Source of the DNA: Burkholderiales bacterium
GTDB taxonomy: Bacteria > Pseudomonadota > Gammaproteobacteria > Burkholderiales > Burkholderiaceae_C
NCBI GenBank assembly: GCA_030603635.1
Contig: JAUVXK010000001.1
Location: 4,408 to 68,407, forward strand
Length of the DNA: 64,000 nt
Direction: 5' to 3'
A program made the translations under genes and the position numbers. Each line of letters starts with the position of its first letter. Position 1 is the first letter of the stretch. Below the pieces are notes generated by a model, which was not told the origin of the DNA, ran no database searches, and saw only the letters and a list, made by a program, of their open reading frames with translations. Below, in pieces: positions 39,713-48,816 of the stretch.

Positions 39713-40252
39713 ATGAACGTCACGCCCCCTGCATCCGCCATGGCGGATGGCGTACCGCTTTACGACCAGGCCACTGGGCTGCTGAGCCGGGAGGCCGTGC
39801 TGGAAACGCTCGGCCGCGCGCTGTCGCTGGCCGACCGGCTGCAGCACCCCGTCACCGTGCTGTTCATCGAAATCGACGACCATGACCGTCACCGCCAGCA
39901 GGCGCCGGACCAGGCAGACGCGGCGGAACGGGCGCTGGCCCGCCACATGGCGAGCCGGGTGCGAGCGCACGACGTGCTGGCCCATTGGGCCCGTGGCCAG
40001 TTCGTGGCGGTTCTGCCCGATGCCGATGTGGCCAGCGCGCTCGTGCTGGCCGAAGACCTGCGCACCCTGGCCCGGGCACCCGCATCGCTCGGGGTGACGG
40101 TCAGCATCGGCGTCCATGGGCGAGAGCCCTCGCCGACCCAAAGTCTGCATGGTCTGGCGGCGGAAATGGTGGTGGGTGCCCAACGAGCCTTGGAGGCCAC
40201 AGAATCGGACGGGCCCAACCGCCTGGCCATTGAACCCGCCCCACAGGCGTGA
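39713..40252 (+). CDS. stand-alone degenerate GGDEF-domain protein (GGDEF replaced by ARGQF, RxxD I-site retained)
   Basis: 179 aa, aligned by eye to the GGDEF fold. DQATGLLSRE (D.LTGL.NR), LFIEIDDHDRHR (DiDhFK.iND lost), RAHD-VLAHW-ARGQFVAVLPD (RxxD-N5-GGDEF position), VSIGVH, and AQRALEATESDGPNRL (AD.ALY.AK..GRNR lost). Starts 18 nt after the FAH gene. Confidence 0.7.
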   Translation: MNVTPPASAMADGVPLYDQATGLLSREAVLETLGRALSLADRLQHPVTVLFIEIDDHDRHRQQAPDQADAAERALARHMASRVRAHDVLAHWARGQFVAVLPDADVASALVLAEDLRTLARAPASLGVTVSIGVHGREPSPTQSLHGLAAEMVVGAQRALEATESDGPNRLAIEPAPQA

Positions 40253-40265
40253 GCCTGGAGTGGGT

Positions 40266-41693
40266 TCAGCGCTGAGCGGCCCACTGCACCAGAGCGTCCA
40301 GGGCAGGACGCGCGGCACGGGCATTGGGATGATTGACGATCGCCACCAGCACCAGCCGCTGGCCGTCCGGGCGGTGCACGTAGCCGGCCAGGGCCTGCAC
40401 GTCGCGCAGACTGCCGGTTTTCAGATGGGCCACCCCCGTGCCCATGGCGCTGCGCCGCAGCGTGCCATCCAGCCCGCTGGCGGGCAGGGACGACATCAGC
40501 TCCGGCATCATGGGTGAGACGTAGGCCACCTGCAGCAAACGCGCCAGTGCCGCCGCGGTGGTCCGGGCATCCCGGCTGAGGCCAGCGCCGTTGTCGATCC
40601 GGGGTGCAGGCACCGTGGGCCCCAGCCGCAGACCCCACCACTGGGCGATCCGGTCGCGTGCCGCTTCGAAGGTGGCGGGGCGATCGGGACCCTGGGCCAG
40701 CGCCAGCAGCAGGTGCTGAGCCATCACGTTGTTGCTGAATTTGTTCACGTCCCGCACCACCTCGGTCAGCGGAGGCGACTCCAGCGCCAGCCGCTCCACT
40801 GCCCCTGGCGGTGTCACACCGGTTCGCACCTGGCCGTCGAGCCGGCCGCCCAGGGCTTCCCACATGCCCTGCACCGCCCGCGCGGTCATCCGTTCGGGTT
40901 CCGGATGGGCCAGCGGCCAGATACGCTCCCCGCACGAGGCGGGGTAGGCGCCTGCGAAACGCGGTCTCGTGGCATCGGCGAAATCCGCACGCAGGCTGGC
41001 ACGCCAGTCGTTGCACGGTCCGCCGGTCAGCGGCACTTGCGCGGGCACCTGAACGCCCGCCAACGGAGGCTCCATGCCCACCCGCGCCACTCCGGCCACC
41101 GGGTCGGGCACGAACTGGAAGACCTGCGCCTTGAAGTTCACCAGCAAGGCGTCGGGCGTGGCGTTGTAGGGTCGCAGCGGTTCGCCGTCGAAGGCCCCGG
41201 GATCGATGGCCGGCACGTCAAAGGCGCTGCGATCGATCACGATGTCCCCCGCGACGCGCGCGATGCCCAGAGCCTGCACCCGCCTCATCAGCAGCCAGAG
41301 TTTTTCCGACACCAGTTTCGGGTCACCGCCGCCCTTGAGGTAAAGGTGTCCCTGGAGCACGCCATCACGGACCGGGGCATCGGTGTGCACCGTGGTGCGC
41401 CAGACATGGGCCGGCCCCAGCAGGTCGAGCGCGGCGAAGACCGTGACCAGCTTCATGACCGACGCCGGGTTCATCGCTTCATCGGCACGGTGAGCCAGCC
41501 AGGGTGCCGCCCCCGGCACGGCAGGCGCCACCCACGCAGCCACACTGTCCGCAGACAGCTGCGCCCTTTGCAAGGCAGCCAGCACCTCGGGAGGCAGGTC
41601 AGACGCCCACGACGGGCTCAGTGCGCCAGCCAGCCAGAAGCCGATGGCCGCAACCCGTTTCAACCGCACAGAAAAGGCAAGCGAGAGATGCAT
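40266..41693 (-). CDS. dacB: D-alanyl-D-alanine carboxypeptidase/endopeptidase (PBP4 family)
   Basis: ORF 40266..42668 trimmed to MHLSLAFSVRLKRVAAIGFWLAGALSPSWA (cat 41691-41693). SxxK motif PASVMKLVT, YLKGGGDPKL, and KTGSL near the C-terminus. Confidence 0.88.
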   Translation of the reverse strand: MHLSLAFSVRLKRVAAIGFWLAGALSPSWASDLPPEVLAALQRAQLSADSVAAWVAPAVPGAAPWLAHRADEAMNPASVMKLVTVFAALDLLGPAHVWRTTVHTDAPVRDGVLQGHLYLKGGGDPKLVSEKLWLLMRRVQALGIARVAGDIVIDRSAFDVPAIDPGAFDGEPLRPYNATPDALLVNFKAQVFQFVPDPVAGVARVGMEPPLAGVQVPAQVPLTGGPCNDWRASLRADFADATRPRFAGAYPASCGERIWPLAHPEPERMTARAVQGMWEALGGRLDGQVRTGVTPPGAVERLALESPPLTEVVRDVNKFSNNVMAQHLLLALAQGPDRPATFEAARDRIAQWWGLRLGPTVPAPRIDNGAGLSRDARTTAAALARLLQVAYVSPMMPELMSSLPASGLDGTLRRSAMGTGVAHLKTGSLRDVQALAGYVHRPDGQRLVLVAIVNHPNARAARPALDALVQWAAQR

Positions 41694-41726
41694 GCGGTGA
41701 TTATCCCGGCCGCCGATAATCGCGGC

Positions 41727-42731
41727 ATGCTTTTCGGATTTCAGCGCCCCAGCCCCCGGGCGGTGGGCTGGATGGCCGCCGTGGTCACGGTGTTCATCTG
41801 GACCTCCTTCATCGTGGTGGCCCGGGCCACCGCCCACCAGACCCTCACCTCCTTCGACATCGCTTTCATGCGTTTCGTCGGGGCGGGTGTGGTGTTGCTG
41901 CCCGTCGGCTGGTGGATGGTGCGGCAGCAGCGCCTGCGCGCCCCCCAGGCAGGCAGTTGGCTGGGTCTGTCGCCGCTGGGTTTCCGGCTCACGGCAGGGG
42001 TGGGCATGGTCGGTGGCGTGGTCTATGCCTGCGTGGCCTACAGCGGCTTCTACTTTGCGCCCGCCTCCCACGCCTCGGTGCTCATGCCGGGCAGCCTGCC
42101 CCTGTGGACCACGCTGCTGGCGGCCTGGGTGCTGCGCGAACACATCACGCCCGCCAGGGCCATGGGGCTGGCCTTGATCGTTGCGGGTGACCTGCTGGTC
42201 GGCGGAGCCAGCCTGCTCAGCGCCTTCGACGGTGGCGACGTGTGGAAGGGCGACCTGTTGTTCCTGCTCACCGCCTTCACCTGGGCCAACTACACCATCA
42301 TTGCGCGCAAGCACGGCCTGCCCGCGGTGGAGGCGACGGTGGCGATCTCGGTGTTCGCCCTCCTCACCTACGTGCCGGTGTATGGCCTGCTGGCGGCACT
42401 GGGCTGGATTCAGAGCCATCTGGCGCATGCGCCCTGGCGCGAGCTGCTGTTCCAGGCGGGTTTCCAGGGCATCGGCTCCGTCGTCATTTCGGGCATCACC
42501 TTCACGCAGATGGTGCGCTACTTCGGCCCAGTGCGCTCCACCATGATCACCTCGCTGGTTCCCGGCCTGTCGGCGCTGGGTGCCGTGGTGTTTCTGGGGG
42601 AACCCATGCACGCCAACCTGCTGGCCGGACTGGCCCTGGTGACCGTGGGCATCGTCTTCGGCGTGCACGCGGCCGTACGTCAGTCGGTCACAGCGACAAC
42701 GCCCGCCTCCACCCCCACCCGGCCGTCATGA
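41727..42731 (+). CDS. DMT-superfamily (EamA-like) transporter
   Basis: C-terminal part of ORF 40713..42731, starting MLFGFQRPSPRAVGWMAAVV (ATG 41727; alternative 41688). Ten hydrophobic segments. Confidence 0.82.
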   Translation: MLFGFQRPSPRAVGWMAAVVTVFIWTSFIVVARATAHQTLTSFDIAFMRFVGAGVVLLPVGWWMVRQQRLRAPQAGSWLGLSPLGFRLTAGVGMVGGVVYACVAYSGFYFAPASHASVLMPGSLPLWTTLLAAWVLREHITPARAMGLALIVAGDLLVGGASLLSAFDGGDVWKGDLLFLLTAFTWANYTIIARKHGLPAVEATVAISVFALLTYVPVYGLLAALGWIQSHLAHAPWRELLFQAGFQGIGSVVISGITFTQMVRYFGPVRSTMITSLVPGLSALGAVVFLGEPMHANLLAGLALVTVGIVFGVHAAVRQSVTATTPASTPTRPS

Positions 42732-43561
42732 CCCTGCCTACCTCCACCCTTCCGCAGAAAGTGCTGGCCCTGGACACCAGCACCGACCGCATGAGCATCG
42801 CCCTGGGGGCGGCAGGCCAGCTGCCCCTGGCCATCCACGAAGCCGAAGGAGGTGCGCAGGCATCGGCCACGCTTCTGCCCACCGTGCGCCGACTCCTGGC
42901 GGAACAGGGCTGGCGCATCGCCGAGTTGGATGCCATTGCCTTCGGTTGCGGCCCGGGGGCCTTCACCGGCCTGCGCACGGCGTGTGCGGTGGTGCAAGGC
43001 CTGGCCGTGGCCGGGCGACCCGGGGGCATTCCCGTGATCCCGGTGCACACCCTGCTGGCCGTGGCCCAGGCAGGGCTCACCCACTGGCAGCAAACCCGGG
43101 GCCCATGGCCCGGAGGCTTCATCACCGCCGCCCTCGACGCCCGCATGGACGAGATGTACGTGGCCGACGTGGCCGTCGAACCCGTCGCCGGTGTGGGCGA
43201 GGCATGGACGCTGAGACTGATCCGCCCCGCTGCCCTGTACGCTCCCGAGGCCTTGGCCACCGGCAAGGGCTGGCCCATCGGCGGCGGCTCCCCGCCCGTC
43301 TGTATCGCGGGCAATGCCGGCCCCCTCTATGCCGAACGCTGGCCTGTCGGCTGGCGCGACGTGCCTCAACTCCCTGCGTGGCCCACCGCCGCTGCGGTGC
43401 TGCGCCTCAGCGGCGCCCTGTGGGCCGAAGGTGCGGCCGTGCAGGCCGCCGATGCGCAACCGCTGTACGTGCGCGACAAGGTGGCCCAGACGACAGAGGA
43501 ACGTGAACGGCTCAAGGCCCTCAAGACCCAGGGCCCGGCGACAGGAGCCCCCGCGCCATGA
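42728..43561 (+). CDS. tsaB: tRNA t6A37 biosynthesis protein TsaB (YeaZ)
   Basis: MTLPTSTLPQKVLALDTSTDRMSIAL...IAFGCGPGAFTGLRTACAVVQGLA. ATGA overlaps on both sides. Confidence 0.88.
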   Translation: MTLPTSTLPQKVLALDTSTDRMSIALGAAGQLPLAIHEAEGGAQASATLLPTVRRLLAEQGWRIAELDAIAFGCGPGAFTGLRTACAVVQGLAVAGRPGGIPVIPVHTLLAVAQAGLTHWQQTRGPWPGGFITAALDARMDEMYVADVAVEPVAGVGEAWTLRLIRPAALYAPEALATGKGWPIGGGSPPVCIAGNAGPLYAERWPVGWRDVPQLPAWPTAAAVLRLSGALWAEGAAVQAADAQPLYVRDKVAQTTEERERLKALKTQGPATGAPAP

Positions 43562-44109
43562 TCCCCTGGCCCGCCGCCCTGCCCGCCCCACACCAGCGGG
43601 CGGGCTTTGCCCCCATGACCGCCAAGGACCTGGATCTCGTGGCCGAGGTGGACAAGACCGCCTACGCCCACCCCTGGAGCCGGCGCCACTTCGCCGACTC
43701 CCTGGAGAGCGGTCATGCCATGCAGATGCTGGCCCTGACCCCCGATCCACAGAGCGACCCGCCGACGTGGACCCACGCCCCGGCGCTGCCAGACGGCCGC
43801 TGGCTGCTCGGTTACCTCGTGGCCATGCAAGGGGTGGACGAGGTCCACCTGCTCAACATCACCACCGTGCCGTTGCACCAGCGCCAGGGCTGGGCGCGCC
43901 GTATGCTGGCCGCCCTGGGCGACTGGGCCCGCAGCCTCGGGGCGCACACCGTGTGGCTGGAGGTGCGGGCCAGCAACCATGCCGCACGAGCCCTCTACGC
44001 ATCGAGCGGCTTTGAAGCCGTCGGCGTGCGCAAGGGTTATTACCCCGACCACGACGCACGCCGCGAGGACGCCATCGTCATGCGTGGGCACCTCGACCCA
44101 TTACACTGA
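43558..44109 (+). CDS. rimI: ribosomal-protein-alanine N-acetyltransferase
   Basis: GNAT core VPLHQRQGWARRMLAAL...LEVRASNHAARALYASSGFEAVGVRKGYY. Conserved tsaB-rimI pairing. Confidence 0.85.
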   Translation: MIPWPAALPAPHQRAGFAPMTAKDLDLVAEVDKTAYAHPWSRRHFADSLESGHAMQMLALTPDPQSDPPTWTHAPALPDGRWLLGYLVAMQGVDEVHLLNITTVPLHQRQGWARRMLAALGDWARSLGAHTVWLEVRASNHAARALYASSGFEAVGVRKGYYPDHDARREDAIVMRGHLDPLH

Positions 44110-44114
44110 TCCGC

Positions 44115-45011
44115 ATGTCTGCTCCTGCCCCCATCCTGCCGGCCCTGCCTCGGTTGAGCGACCGCCATCGGGCGATGTTGCAGGAAATGGGCGTCCCCGT
44201 CTGGTGGCCGAGCGCAGAAGAGGCCGTGGGTGCGGGCCCCGCCGCCCAGTCCGATCCGGCAGCGAAGACCGAACGCCGTCCCGCCGCTGCCCTGAACCCG
44301 GTTCGCCCACCCGTGGAGCCCACGCGCCCGACGCCCAACCGCCCTGCGGCCACGCCTGCAACCGGCGCCGCCCTCGACCACCCGGCCCGTTTGCTGCCTG
44401 ACCTTGCCGCCCTGGAAGCCGCCGTGCACGACTGCTCACGTTGCGGCCTCGCTCAGCGGCGCCAGCGAGCCGTCCCTGGCATGGGCGATCCCCGGCCCGA
44501 CTGGCTCATCATCGGCGAAGCGCCCGGCGAGGAGGAAGACCGACAAGGACTGCCCTTCGTGGGCCGGGCCGGCCAATTGCTGGACCGCATGCTGGCGGCC
44601 ATGGGGCTCACCCGTGAGCATCGGGTCTACATCGCCAACGTGATCAAGTGCCGCCCACCTCTGAACCGCAACCCCGACCCGGTGGAAATCGCGCAGTGCA
44701 GCCCCTACCTGCTGCGCCAGGTGGAACTGTTGCAGCCCAAGGTGATCATCGCCATGGGCCGCTTCGCGGCGCAGACCGTGCTCGCCGAGGGCGGTGCCCT
44801 GTCTCCGGAAGCGGCGCGTCAATGGCCGCTGGGCAAGTTGCGTGGCCAGCTCCATCGGGTTACCCTCGGCGGGCTGACCCTGCCTGTGGTGGTCACCTAC
44901 CACCCTGCCTACCTGCTGCGCAGCCCCGGCGAAAAGGCCAAGGCCTGGGCCGACCTGTGCCTGGCACTCGACACCATGGACGGCCTGCAGCCTGCGCGCG
45001 CCGCAGTGTAG
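44115..45011 (+). CDS. family 4 uracil-DNA glycosylase with Pro/Ala-rich N-terminal extension
   Basis: CSRCGL...[30 protein letters not shown]...[16 protein letters not shown]...TYHPAYLLR. Confidence 0.85.
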   Translation: MSAPAPILPALPRLSDRHRAMLQEMGVPVWWPSAEEAVGAGPAAQSDPAAKTERRPAAALNPVRPPVEPTRPTPNRPAATPATGAALDHPARLLPDLAALEAAVHDCSRCGLAQRRQRAVPGMGDPRPDWLIIGEAPGEEEDRQGLPFVGRAGQLLDRMLAAMGLTREHRVYIANVIKCRPPLNRNPDPVEIAQCSPYLLRQVELLQPKVIIAMGRFAAQTVLAEGGALSPEAARQWPLGKLRGQLHRVTLGGLTLPVVVTYHPAYLLRSPGEKAKAWADLCLALDTMDGLQPARAAV

Positions 45012-45137
45012 CCATATGTAACACCGGTAACCACCCGCCGTTTTTCTCGATCCGGCACTTGAGCCGGCTCACGCACAGTGCTAAGGTGATAGGCATGATC
45101 ATCCGGCAAGTGTGCCGGGACCTATGAGGGAAGCACC

Positions 45138-46178
45138 ATGACTCTTCAACGTTACCTGATGGCGGGCCTGCTGGCCTTCACTGCCCTGTGGGCTGCCCAT
45201 CCGGCCATCGCCCAGACCCGGCCGACCATCCAGACCTTCACGGTGCAGCAGGTCGGCGAACTGGTCCCCGGCACCGAACTGGTGTTCCAGGTCAATGGCA
45301 CCGCCGGCGCCACGGTGACCGTGACCCTGGAGGGCAGCGCCAACGCCCTGACCTTGCGTGAAACCCGTGCCGGCCGTTACGACGGCAGCTACACCCTGAG
45401 CCTGCGCGACCAGGTCAAGTACAACAGCCCCGTTCGCGCCACCATGCGCCTGGGCAGTGCGGAAACCCAGGCCGTGCTCGGCCAGACCCTGCTGACCGCC
45501 ACCGCCCACCAGCGGGCCGTGTCCGCCGCCACGCCCACCCCGGTGATTGACTACTTTGCGTCCCAGGCCTCCGGCTGGACCGGTGGTCACGAGATCACCC
45601 TTACCGTGCGCGGCACGCCGGGTGCCCAGGCCACGGCCACCCTGACCGGCACCGACGTCCGGCCTGCCCTCAACGAGGTCAAACCCGGTGAATACACCAC
45701 CACCTACACCATCCGCACGCGCGACACGCTTAGCGAGCGCAGCATGGCCAGTGTCACGCTGGCACTCGCCGGCAAGACGGTCAAGGTGGACAAGGCCCTC
45801 GGCGCCGCCCCCGTGCAGCCCACGCTGGCCTTGCGCCAGAGCTGCGACACCTGCGGTGTGGTGCAGGCCGTCAACACCGTGGAGGTGGAAGGCGAAGCCG
45901 GGCTGACCGGCGTGGTCGCGGGTGGCGTAGCCGGGGCGGTGCTGGGCAGCCAGGTGGGCAAGGGCAGTGGCCGCACTGCGGCCCAGATTCTGGGTGCCGT
46001 GGGCGGAGCCTACGCCGGGCGTGAAATCGAGAAGAACATCAAGAAGGAAACCCGCTACGACGTGACCGTGCGGCTGCACAACGGCACGGTACAAACCGTT
46101 CGGCATGCCGAAGACCCCGCCCTGAAGAGCGGCCAACAGGTCAAGATCGTGGATGGCAAAGTGGTGGCCAATGACTGA
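45138..46178 (+). CDS. secreted protein with two tandem beta-rich repeats, a CxxC motif and a glycine-zipper (2TM, SlyB/17-kDa antigen-like) segment
   Basis: Signal peptide MTLQRYLMAGLLAFTALWAAHPAIAQ. Repeats at about residues 33-110 and 140-215 (..TVTVTLEG..RAGRYDGSYTL.. versus ..TATLTGT..KPGEYTTTYTI..). CDTCG, then GVVAGGVAGAVLGSQVGKGSGRTAAQILGAVGGAYAG. Confidence 0.72.
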   Translation: MTLQRYLMAGLLAFTALWAAHPAIAQTRPTIQTFTVQQVGELVPGTELVFQVNGTAGATVTVTLEGSANALTLRETRAGRYDGSYTLSLRDQVKYNSPVRATMRLGSAETQAVLGQTLLTATAHQRAVSAATPTPVIDYFASQASGWTGGHEITLTVRGTPGAQATATLTGTDVRPALNEVKPGEYTTTYTIRTRDTLSERSMASVTLALAGKTVKVDKALGAAPVQPTLALRQSCDTCGVVQAVNTVEVEGEAGLTGVVAGGVAGAVLGSQVGKGSGRTAAQILGAVGGAYAGREIEKNIKKETRYDVTVRLHNGTVQTVRHAEDPALKSGQQVKIVDGKVVAND

Positions 46179-46488
46179 ACAACGCCATCGTTTCACCCGT
46201 GCCCTAGCGGGCATTACTCTGGCGGCCGCCATGGCGGCGGCGCTGGTGGCATGCAGTTCGGGGCTGGAAGGCACCTATGAGGACCCGATGGGCGTGACAC
46301 GCTACACCTTCCAGTCGAACGGCAAGGTGCTCATGAGGATGATGGGCACCGAGGTCGAGATGACCTACGAGAAGGAAGGCGACAAGATCAAGGTGGGCAC
46401 GCCTGAGGGCCGGGTGGTGATGACCCTGCTGGACGATGGTTCGATCCAGGGGCCCATGGGCGTGAAGCTGACGCGCATACAACGCTGA
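46171..46488 (+). CDS. small lipoprotein of unknown function
   Basis: Start moved to MTEQRHRF (ATG 46171, ATGACTGA overlap with the upstream gene). Lipobox LVAC|SS. 105 aa. Confidence 0.6.
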   Translation: MTEQRHRFTRALAGITLAAAMAAALVACSSGLEGTYEDPMGVTRYTFQSNGKVLMRMMGTEVEMTYEKEGDKIKVGTPEGRVVMTLLDDGSIQGPMGVKLTRIQR

Positions 46489-46550
46489 GTTTTGTTTGGG
46501 TATCGCGCCGGTTTGTGGGCCGCCCAGGCGCTGGCTGCTTCAGCGAGGTG

Positions 46551-46569
46551 GCCGGTGCTGCGCACCGGC
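46551..46569. repeat. tight GC hairpin GCCGGTGC-tgc-GCACCGGC
   Basis: Read directly in the convergent intergenic region 46489-46761. Confidence 0.5.
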
Positions 46570-46596
46570 TCCCCTGCGATGCTCGATGCCGTGACC

Positions 46597-46668
46597 ACGC
46601 GGCGGAACTCACTCGCGGCGGCTGTCTGAGCGCAGTGAGCGCCAAGCGAACGAAGTGAGTTCCGCCGC
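46597..46668. repeat. perfect 16-bp inverted repeat CGCGGCGGAACTCACT / AGTGAGTTCCGCCGCG separated by 40 nt (REP/MITE-like element)
   Basis: Arms at 46597-46612 and 46653-46668. The loop re-uses arm fragments (cgcggcgg, agtgag). Confidence 0.6.
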
Positions 46669-46694
46669 GCCAGACACAGGCCGCCAGACACAGG
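46667..46694. repeat. tandem 14-nt duplication CGCCAGACACAGGC / CGCCAGACACAGGG
   Basis: Units at 46667-46680 and 46681-46694, 13 of 14 positions identical. Abuts the right arm of the inverted repeat. Confidence 0.6.
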
Positions 46695-46761
46695 GAAGTC
46701 GACAAAGCCGACCACCGCGGATGAGCCCCCACAGGGCCAGGCCCGCAGCAGCTCTGCGAGG

Positions 46762-47805
46762 TCAGATCCGCGACTCCTCCACCGCGTGGCAAGCCACGCG
46801 GATGCCCTGGAAATCCTGCATGACCGGTCGTTCGGCCTTGCATCTCGCATTGGCGTGCGGGCAACGCGGGTGGAAAGCGCAACCGCTCGGTGGGTTCAGC
46901 GGGTTCGGTACTTCGCCCTGAACCGGCGTGCGCGCCCGACCCGTGTCGTGCATCTTGGGGATGGCATCGAGCAGCATGCGGGTGTAGGGGTGCCGGGGTT
47001 GGCTGAACAGCGTGGCCTTGTCGGCAAGTTCCACCAGTCGGCCCAGGTACATCACCCCCACCTGATCGCTCACGTGCCGCACCACCGCCAGGTTGTGGCT
47101 GATGAACAGATACGTCAGCCCCTGCTGGCGCTGCAGGTCCTTCATGATGTTGAGCACCTGCGCCTGCACGCTCACGTCCAGCGCCGAGGTGGGTTCGTCA
47201 CACACCAGGAATTCGGGGTGCGTGGCCAGGGCCCGCGCGATCGAAATCCGCTGGCGCTGGCCACCCGAGAACTGGTGCGGGTACTTGATCATGTCCAGCG
47301 GGCTCAGGCCGACCGATTGCAGCAATTCGCCGACGCGCTGCTTGACCTCATGGGCATCGCTCATCAGACCATGTTCGCGCAAGGGTTCGGCCACGATGTC
47401 GGCCACTCGCCAACGTGGATTGAGGCTGGCGTACGGGTCCTGGAAGATCATCTGGATGCGCCGGCGCAGAACGCGCCCCTGTGGGGTGGCGTAGGCGGCG
47501 TGGGCATCCTGCCCGTCGAAGGTGAAGCGGCCACGCGTGGGGCCATAGAGCCCGACCAGCAGGCGTGCCACCGTGCTCTTGCCACAGCCGGACTCGCCCA
47601 CCAGCGCCAGCGTCTGGCCGCGCTGGATCTCGAAGCTCACGCCGTCGACGGCGTGCAGGAGCTGGCGCGGCTTCCGTTCCAGCACCCGGTTCAGCCAGGG
47701 AGCTGACACGTCGAAGGTACGGGCCAGATCGTGGGCCTGGACCAGCGGGACCGATTCATGGGCGGCAGGAGAGGAAGAAGTCATCGGTTCCATGACGAGG
47801 CTCAT
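46762..47805 (-). CDS. dipeptide/oligopeptide-type ABC transporter ATP-binding protein (DppF/OppF-like)
   Basis: Walker A GESGCGKST, signature FSGGQRQR, and C-terminal oligopeptide domain PSGCAFHPRCP. Confidence 0.9.
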   Translation of the reverse strand: MSLVMEPMTSSSPAAHESVPLVQAHDLARTFDVSAPWLNRVLERKPRQLLHAVDGVSFEIQRGQTLALVGESGCGKSTVARLLVGLYGPTRGRFTFDGQDAHAAYATPQGRVLRRRIQMIFQDPYASLNPRWRVADIVAEPLREHGLMSDAHEVKQRVGELLQSVGLSPLDMIKYPHQFSGGQRQRISIARALATHPEFLVCDEPTSALDVSVQAQVLNIMKDLQRQQGLTYLFISHNLAVVRHVSDQVGVMYLGRLVELADKATLFSQPRHPYTRMLLDAIPKMHDTGRARTPVQGEVPNPLNPPSGCAFHPRCPHANARCKAERPVMQDFQGIRVACHAVEESRI

Positions 47806-48806
47806 GCGACGGCCTCCGGTTGGGAAGAAGGGGGCTGCACGGCAGCGTCGGCTTCGTGCAGCCAGCAGGCTGCGCGGGTGGCGCCAGCCGACATGAGATC
47901 AGGGCGGTCACTGGTGCAGCGCAGGAAGGCATGCGCGCAACGCGGATTGAAGGCACAGCCCGTGGGGATGGCGTTGAGACGCGGCATGGCCCCATCGATC
48001 TGGTGCAGGCGCTCGCGCTCGACCTCCATGTCGGGGATGCAGCTCATGAGGCCACGGGTGTAGGGGTGTGCCGGTCGGTTGATCACCTCGTGCACCGGCC
48101 CGATCTCGGCCACCCGCCCAGCGTACATGACGGCCACGCGGTCGCAGGTTTCGGCGATCACGCCCATGTCGTGCGTGATCAGCATCACCGCCGCCCCCCG
48201 CTCCTTGCAGATGGTCTTGAGCAGGGTGATGATCTGCGCCTGGATGGACACATCCAGCGCCGTTGTGGGCTCGTCGGCCACGATGAGCTTGGGCTCGGCC
48301 GCCAGGGCCAGGGCGATCACCACGCGCTGGCGCATGCCACCGCTGAACTGGTGCGGGTAGTGGTCGATGCGTTCCTCGGCCGCCGGGATCCCGGTGTCTT
48401 TGAGCAGCTGGATGGCGCGCTGGCGCGCCTCGGCCGGTGTGACTGGCAGATGGGTGATGATGGTCTCGGTCAGTTGGCGACCGATCGAGTACAGCGGGTT
48501 CAGCGAGGTCAGCGGATCCTGGAAGATGGCACCGATCTGGCGACCGCGCACCTGGCGCATCTCGTCGTGCGGGAGGTTGTCGATGCGCCGGCCTTCCAGC
48601 AGGATCTCGCCGCTGGCGACGCGCCCAGGGGGCTCGAGCAGACCGATGATGGACGCCCCGGTGAGCGACTTGCCGGCACCGGATTCGCCCACCACGCCGA
48701 GGATCTCGCCGGGAGCGATGTCGAAGGACACGTCGTCGAGCGCACGCAGGGTACCGCGGCGGCCCGGGAATTCGACCACCAGATTCTTGACTTGCAACAG
48801 GCTCAT
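47802..48806 (-). CDS. dipeptide/oligopeptide-type ABC transporter ATP-binding protein (DppD/OppD-like)
   Basis: ORF 47802..48872 trimmed to [15 protein letters not shown] (cat 48804-48806, GAGGAGA upstream). [17 protein letters not shown] and [10 protein letters not shown]. Confidence 0.9.
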   Translation of the reverse strand: MSLLQVKNLVVEFPGRRGTLRALDDVSFDIAPGEILGVVGESGAGKSLTGASIIGLLEPPGRVASGEILLEGRRIDNLPHDEMRQVRGRQIGAIFQDPLTSLNPLYSIGRQLTETIITHLPVTPAEARQRAIQLLKDTGIPAAEERIDHYPHQFSGGMRQRVVIALALAAEPKLIVADEPTTALDVSIQAQIITLLKTICKERGAAVMLITHDMGVIAETCDRVAVMYAGRVAEIGPVHEVINRPAHPYTRGLMSCIPDMEVERERLHQIDGAMPRLNAIPTGCAFNPRCAHAFLRCTSDRPDLMSAGATRAACWLHEADAAVQPPSSQPEAVA

Positions 48807-48816
48807 GGTCGTCTCC

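Noticed and set aside
46667-46694. Tandem 14-nt repeat considered as a CRISPR or VNTR array.
   Set aside because: Only two directly abutting units, with no spacers and no cas genes. It is a simple duplication within a REP-like element.
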